Shown: one piece after another, positions 59,272-64,000 of the stretch | Layout of the letters: every line of letters starts with the position of its first letter | Position numbering within the stretch: the first letter of the stretch is position 1 | Source: Candidatus Eiseniibacteriota bacterium | GTDB taxonomy: Bacteria; Eisenbacteria; RBG-16-71-46 | Assembly (NCBI GenBank): GCA_963717505.1 | Contig: OY970342.1 | Span: 64,001 to 128,000 of the forward strand | Reading direction: 5' to 3' | Length of the DNA: 64,000 bases | The notes under the pieces: generated by a model | What the model saw: the letters and a program-made list of their open reading frames with translations, nothing else | Databases searched by the model: none | What the model was told of the DNA's origin: nothing | Made by a program: the position numbers and the translations under genes

Positions 59272-60465
59272 CTAGAGCTTGGCGAACTCCACGCGCCGGT
59301 TCATCGCGCGTCCCTCGGGCTTGGCGTTGCTGGCGACGGTCTGCGTGTCGCCCATGCCGTCGGTTTCGAAGCGATCGCCGGCGACTGAGAACTGCTCGGT
59401 CAGCACCTTGGCCACCGATGCCGAGCGGCGCTTCGACAGGTCGAGATTGCTGGCGGCCGATCCGACGTTGTCGGTATGGCCGGTGATCTTGAGCTTTACG
59501 GCGGCGTTCGATTCCATGTAGGAGGCGATCTGACGCAGGACGGGCGCAGATTCCGGCAGCACGACGTCGGAGCCGCTGTCGAAATAGATGCCGTAGGTGA
59601 CCAACTTGCCCTCCGCGAGCAGGTCTTTGGGCGGCCGGCAGCCCTCGGCGAAGCGCACGTTGGCGATCATGGGTTCCGCCGGCGAGAACATGCGCATCTC
59701 GAGGTCGGTCGGCATCCCATTCGTTGTCGAGATCTCGGGGACGTTCGCCATGCGCTGGCGGTCGACGTAGGCCTTCACTCCGGTTCCGCGGACCATGATC
59801 TTGATGTGATGATGGCCGGCGACCCCCTCGGGGTCCTCGAGTGGGGTCGACGAGTAGACATCGCCCGACCGAAACACCATGTCGTTTCCCTGGGGGAACA
59901 ACACTTCCCAACACAGTGCATCACTGGCGTTCAGCGCTCGAACGTTGACCATGGTGCCCAGGCTCGGGCCGTTGGCGTACACGTCGAAATCGAGCGTCCA
60001 GAACTCGGGGAGCGGCCCCGCCCCCGTGGCCTTCATACGCACACGACCGTCGGGACTCGTGCAGCGCAGCCAGCGCATGCCCTCGGCGTCGACGATCTCG
60101 TAGTTGCCCTGCTTGAGCTTCCAGCGCGTAGGGAATTCACCCAGCTCGTCCAGCGTGAAGTCCTCCATCAACAGGACCTTGTCTCCCGGCACGTAGTCGA
60201 ACTTGGTCGAGATCGACGAGAACTTACCCTTGCCCTTTTCGGCGGGAGCCTTCTCTGCTTCGGCCTCCGCGGCATCGGCCTTCTTGTCGCCCGTGGACTT
60301 GCCGGTCTGGTCCACGGTCTTGTCGATCGTGTCCTCGGCCTTCTTGGTCGACTTGTCGGTGACCTTCTTCTTGACGGCATCGAGGATGCCGGCGCGGCTT
60401 CCGGATGCGATCAGCACGAATGCGATCACGATGCCCGCCAGCGCGGTCCATCGAGCGTGCTTCAT
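59272..60465 (-). CDS. OmpA family protein with N-terminal beta-sandwich domain
   Basis: Signal peptide; FDYVPGDK...DF...GEFP..W; GI.FD.GS, GHTD, N..LS.RR, NRRVEF. Confidence 0.88.
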   Translation of the reverse strand: MKHARWTALAGIVIAFVLIASGSRAGILDAVKKKVTDKSTKKAEDTIDKTVDQTGKSTGDKKADAAEAEAEKAPAEKGKGKFSSISTKFDYVPGDKVLLMEDFTLDELGEFPTRWKLKQGNYEIVDAEGMRWLRCTSPDGRVRMKATGAGPLPEFWTLDFDVYANGPSLGTMVNVRALNASDALCWEVLFPQGNDMVFRSGDVYSSTPLEDPEGVAGHHHIKIMVRGTGVKAYVDRQRMANVPEISTTNGMPTDLEMRMFSPAEPMIANVRFAEGCRPPKDLLAEGKLVTYGIYFDSGSDVVLPESAPVLRQIASYMESNAAVKLKITGHTDNVGSAASNLDLSKRRSASVAKVLTEQFSVAGDRFETDGMGDTQTVASNAKPEGRAMNRRVEFAKL

Positions 60466-60699
60466 GGCTGCCTCCCGTGCGTGACGGCCAGACGACCGCC
60501 GTTGTTGAACATACTGTCCGGTGCCGCCGGACCCCACATCAGGGTCGTGGTTCCGTCGGTGACCGGGAGGGGGCCCAGAGTGTCGGCCAGAATAGCTCGC
60601 CCGGCAACTCCTGAGACGATCGAGAAGCCGGTTCGTCAGCCGTGTTAGGCTGGCCGTCCCCTGCGCCTGCTCCCGCGCTACTCGAGGACTCGTCGCGTC

Positions 60700-63456
60700 T
60701 TGAGCCGCCAAACCTTTCGCCACCCGAGCTTCCAGCGAAACATCGTGTTGCTCGCCGCCGCGCTCGTCGTTTCTGCCGGCGCCGTGGAGGCGCAGAATCG
60801 GTCACTGGCGACCCGCCGACCCGATGGCTCCCGCGAATGGCCGGTCGATCGCTGGCTGGACCGCTTCTCGCCCGCTGGCGATGCGGCCTGGCGCCGATCC
60901 CAGGCCGTGGGCTCGGCGTTCGTCGACTCGCTGCTGCGCATCGCGCGCGCCACCGGCGACCGTACGCTGGCCACGGCTGCCCACGCCTGGCGCGGACGCA
61001 AGTACGCGAACGACTACGAGCTGCCGAGGGGCGAAGCGGATCTCGACACCGCGTGGACGCTGGCAGCCGCGTTGCGCGACAGCGCAGGGCTCTGCCGAAC
61101 TCTGGCCGCCCGCGCGCATGGCGCCAACGTGCGTGGCCAGTACGACGTCGCCAGGACCCAGTTCGAACGGCTGCTTCCCATGGCCACCGCCGCCGGCCTG
61201 CCCGACGTCGTGGGTTTCACCCATCGCGCTCTCGGGTTCCTCGACAAGGAAGACGGTCGCTATGATGACGCTCGTCGCCACCTGCGCGCCGCCATCCGGT
61301 TGATCCCCCCGGACCGATTCGAGAACCGGCACTCGCGCTTCCTGCTCGCCGAAGTCGAGAACCGCACCGGGAACCACGACGCGGCGCGAGACACGTTCCT
61401 GGTGATCCTCGACGAAGCCCGGCGCCGAAAGGATCGCTGGCTCGAATCCGCGGTGCTCAACGACCTCGGCATCCTCGAGTACGAAGGCGGCGACATGGCG
61501 ACCGCCGACCGCTACTGGGAATACGCGGCCAGCGTCTTCGACAGCACCCGGAACGCTTCGAGCGCGCTCTCGTCGCGCACCAATCGGGCGCAGGCCTTGC
61601 GCGAGCTGGGTCGGGTCGATGAAGCGCGTGCGCTGCTCGACCGTTTGCTCCGCGACTCCGATGCGATCGACTTTGCGCCGGCCCGGGTTTCGGTCTACGG
61701 CGAGCTGGCCAGCCTCAATCGGGGCATTGGTCGCTACGGCGAGGCGGAGCGGCTGTATCGCGCGGTGCGCGCGTCGGCGGTCGACGATGCGATGGAAGAA
61801 GAGTCGGCCTCGATCGAGCTGGCCGGCCTGCTCACGGCTACCGGTCGCCCTGCCGAGGCCGAAGCGCTGATGGACTCGCTGCTGGTGCCCGAGCGTCGCG
61901 CGCGGATGACCCGCGCCAATCTGTGCGCCGCGTGGAGCGCTCGCTCGGCCGCCCGTCGCGCGCAGGGCCGGGCCCAGGACGCGATCGCCGAAGCGCGGGC
62001 CGCCGAGTGGAACGCCCGCGCCGACCGCGAGGTCAACATCTACTACTTCGAGACCGCCCTCGAGCTGGCGCGCTGCCACCGGGCGCTGGGCTCGCCCGAC
62101 AGCGCGGTCGCCGTGCTGCGTCGGGCGACGGGCACGTGGGAGAAGTGGCGGGCGTCGATCTCGGACCTCGAATGGCGCGAGCGACAAGGGTCCGGACTCG
62201 CCGGCTTGTTCGCTGAGTACGGACTGTCGCTGCTCGACTCGCGGCGTCGCGCCCCGGAGTCGCGCCGGGTCTCGGAGGCGTTCGACGCGCTCCAGACCTT
62301 CCAGGCGCGAACCCTCGAGGAACGCATGCAGGGCCGCGGTCTCGCCGGCGCCGGCATGCGCCGGCGCGTCACCGCGGATTCGCTGCGCCGCGGCGTGCTC
62401 GCCGACGGCGAGCTGCTGGTCGACCTGGTGGCGACTCCCGACACCACGTTCGCGTTCCTGGTTTCGCGCGCCGGCTTGAGCGTACGCATGCTCCCGGGAA
62501 CCGTGCGCCTCGAGCGCCTGCACGCCGCGTGGCGCGAGGCGACGCTGTCAGGCGCCGACGACCCAGTGGTCCGATCCGGACTGCGGCGGTTGTCGGACGA
62601 GATGCTGGGGCCACTGGCGCCGTCGGTGGGGTCGAGTCAACGTGTGATCGTCAGCGGCGGCGGGCCTTTGTCGCTGTGGCCGCTCGCCGCGCTCAACCTG
62701 CCGGGCGAGAGCGCACCCTGGGCCGACACGCGCGACATCTCGACTGTGCCGTCCGCGACGCTGCTCGCGGCGCTTCACGGACGCGCGGGTGCGTCCGCGA
62801 CCCCCGGGCTGTTGGCGCTCGGGCGCACCACCGACGCCCAGGGCCGCAACCTGCCGGGCGCCGAGCGCGAGCTCAAGACACTGGGAGCCGAATACACCCC
62901 CGTCGAAGTCCGCGCGAACCGCGGTGAGCGACCGGTGCCCGAGCTGGTCGCCGATCTGCCGAACTGGGATTTGTTGCACTTCGCCGCTCATGCCGAAGCG
63001 GTCGCCGGCAGCCCGTGGCGTTCCGGTTTCCTGCTCGGCCGTGGCGCCGGCGACGACGCCTACCTACGCGCTTCGACGGTGGCGGGAATGAGCCTGCGCG
63101 CCCGACTCGCCGTGCTCTCGGGATGCCAGTCGGCGGGCGCAACCACGCTGGCGGGCGAAGGCGCGTTGGGGCTAGCCAGCGCGTTCCTGTGCTCGGGAGC
63201 GTCGAGCGTGGTCGCCACCCTGTGGCCGATCGAGGATCGCGTGGCCGAGCGCTTCATGGACGAGTTCTACTCCGCCCTCTCCCGCGGCCGCACGGTGGCC
63301 GGCGCGGTCGGCGACGCGCAGCGACGACTGCGCGAGACGGGCGATACCGCGCAGGTGCGCGACTGGGCGGCATTTGTGGCCTCCGGATCGGGCGGAACCC
63401 GGGTGCAGCTCACTCCGCGCCTGACGCCGGGGGCCAAGGATCGTCCAACCCGATGA
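60700..63456 (+). CDS. TPR repeat + CHAT (caspase-like) domain protease
   Basis: TPR-like helices (LNDLG.L.Y..G); CHAT motifs LPGAERE, LHFAAH, VLSGCQS, GE...GL..AFL..GA..VV.TLW.I.D, FY..L, WAAF; possible signal peptide. Confidence 0.9.
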   Translation: MSRQTFRHPSFQRNIVLLAAALVVSAGAVEAQNRSLATRRPDGSREWPVDRWLDRFSPAGDAAWRRSQAVGSAFVDSLLRIARATGDRTLATAAHAWRGRKYANDYELPRGEADLDTAWTLAAALRDSAGLCRTLAARAHGANVRGQYDVARTQFERLLPMATAAGLPDVVGFTHRALGFLDKEDGRYDDARRHLRAAIRLIPPDRFENRHSRFLLAEVENRTGNHDAARDTFLVILDEARRRKDRWLESAVLNDLGILEYEGGDMATADRYWEYAASVFDSTRNASSALSSRTNRAQALRELGRVDEARALLDRLLRDSDAIDFAPARVSVYGELASLNRGIGRYGEAERLYRAVRASAVDDAMEEESASIELAGLLTATGRPAEAEALMDSLLVPERRARMTRANLCAAWSARSAARRAQGRAQDAIAEARAAEWNARADREVNIYYFETALELARCHRALGSPDSAVAVLRRATGTWEKWRASISDLEWRERQGSGLAGLFAEYGLSLLDSRRRAPESRRVSEAFDALQTFQARTLEERMQGRGLAGAGMRRRVTADSLRRGVLADGELLVDLVATPDTTFAFLVSRAGLSVRMLPGTVRLERLHAAWREATLSGADDPVVRSGLRRLSDEMLGPLAPSVGSSQRVIVSGGGPLSLWPLAALNLPGESAPWADTRDISTVPSATLLAALHGRAGASATPGLLALGRTTDAQGRNLPGAERELKTLGAEYTPVEVRANRGERPVPELVADLPNWDLLHFAAHAEAVAGSPWRSGFLLGRGAGDDAYLRASTVAGMSLRARLAVLSGCQSAGATTLAGEGALGLASAFLCSGASSVVATLWPIEDRVAERFMDEFYSALSRGRTVAGAVGDAQRRLRETGDTAQVRDWAAFVASGSGGTRVQLTPRLTPGAKDRPTR

Positions 63457-64000
63457 CCACGCATGCGCGGGAGGAGATTCCCGATGACGAACTGCTGCGC
63501 CAATACCGCCAGGCTCCGGACGACCCTGCCGGACGCCGCGCCGCGGGTGAGCTGCTCGGTCGGTATCGAGGACGGGTCTACACCTGGTGCTATCGTGTGG
63601 TCGGGAATCAAGAGTGGGCGCTCGATCTGGCGCAGGATGCACTGCTCAAGGCGTGGCGCGCACTGCCCGGCTTCGGCGGCCGCAGCCGATTCTCCTCGTG
63701 GCTGTTCGCGATCGCGCGCAACGAATGCCTCACCGCCATCCGGCCCAAGAGCTTGACCCGTGACCCGAGCGTGGATCCGGTCGAAGTGCTGATCGAGCAC
63801 GAAGACCCACCGGCGGTGCTTGCGACTCGTGAGGAAGAGGAAGCGATGGAGAGCTTGTTCCGCGAGTGTCTGAATCCGGTCGAGCAGGAGGCGATCTGGC
63901 TGCGCTGTTTCGAGCGCCTGCCGGTCGCCGACGTCACGCGTTTGCTCGGACTCACGCACGCCTCGGGAGCGCGGAGCGTGTTGCAGAGCGCGCGGGAAAA
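63453..64000 (+). CDS. ECF RNA polymerase sigma-70 factor (3' end truncated by the window)
   Basis: Absent from the ORF track. Manual translation: MTTHAREEIPDDELL...DLAQDALLKAWRAL..F.GRSRFSSWLFAIARN (region 2)...LNPVEQEAIWLR...VADVTRLLG (region 4). ATGA overlap with the CHAT gene. Confidence 0.9.
   Translation, partial: MTTHAREEIPDDELLRQYRQAPDDPAGRRAAGELLGRYRGRVYTWCYRVVGNQEWALDLAQDALLKAWRALPGFGGRSRFSSWLFAIARNECLTAIRPKSLTRDPSVDPVEVLIEHEDPPAVLATREEEEAMESLFRECLNPVEQEAIWLRCFERLPVADVTRLLGLTHASGARSVLQSARE

Noticed and set aside
60700-64000. Type III-E CRISPR Craspase locus
   Set aside because: No cas genes or repeat-spacer array in the window; only an analogy is claimed

Overview
High-GC bacterial chromosomal window with about 60 CDS. 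I found no rRNA, tRNA, CRISPR array or transposase. FlgD-Ig/T9SS-like C-terminal domains and a PorV/PorQ-family gene suggest an FCB-adjacent lineage such as Ca. Eisenbacteria, Krumholzibacteria or Latescibacteria (inference only). Main blocks, left to right: envelope-modification genes and an abgT relic (1-6 kb); a MacAB-like exporter with no ATPase; a di-heme cytochrome plus porin operon behind a DtxR/MntR-type palindrome; a rearranged 2-oxoacid dehydrogenase operon (E1beta-E2-prolyl oligopeptidase-E1alpha); an S8 protease flanked by a stand-alone lipoprotein copy of its own prodomain and a stand-alone PPC lipoprotein; an FN3/FN3-CTD/PorV-LysM operon back-to-back with a near-complete type IVa pilus cluster whose PilT lacks both His-box histidines; an 892-aa coiled-coil gene convergent with a DUF4388-MshEN gene (both proteins end in AKAA); and a TPR-CHAT protease coupled to an ECF sigma factor at the right edge. 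Frameshifts cluster at 2.7-5.8 kb and in pilX and may be sequencing errors. All family assignments come from motif recognition by eye; no database search was run.
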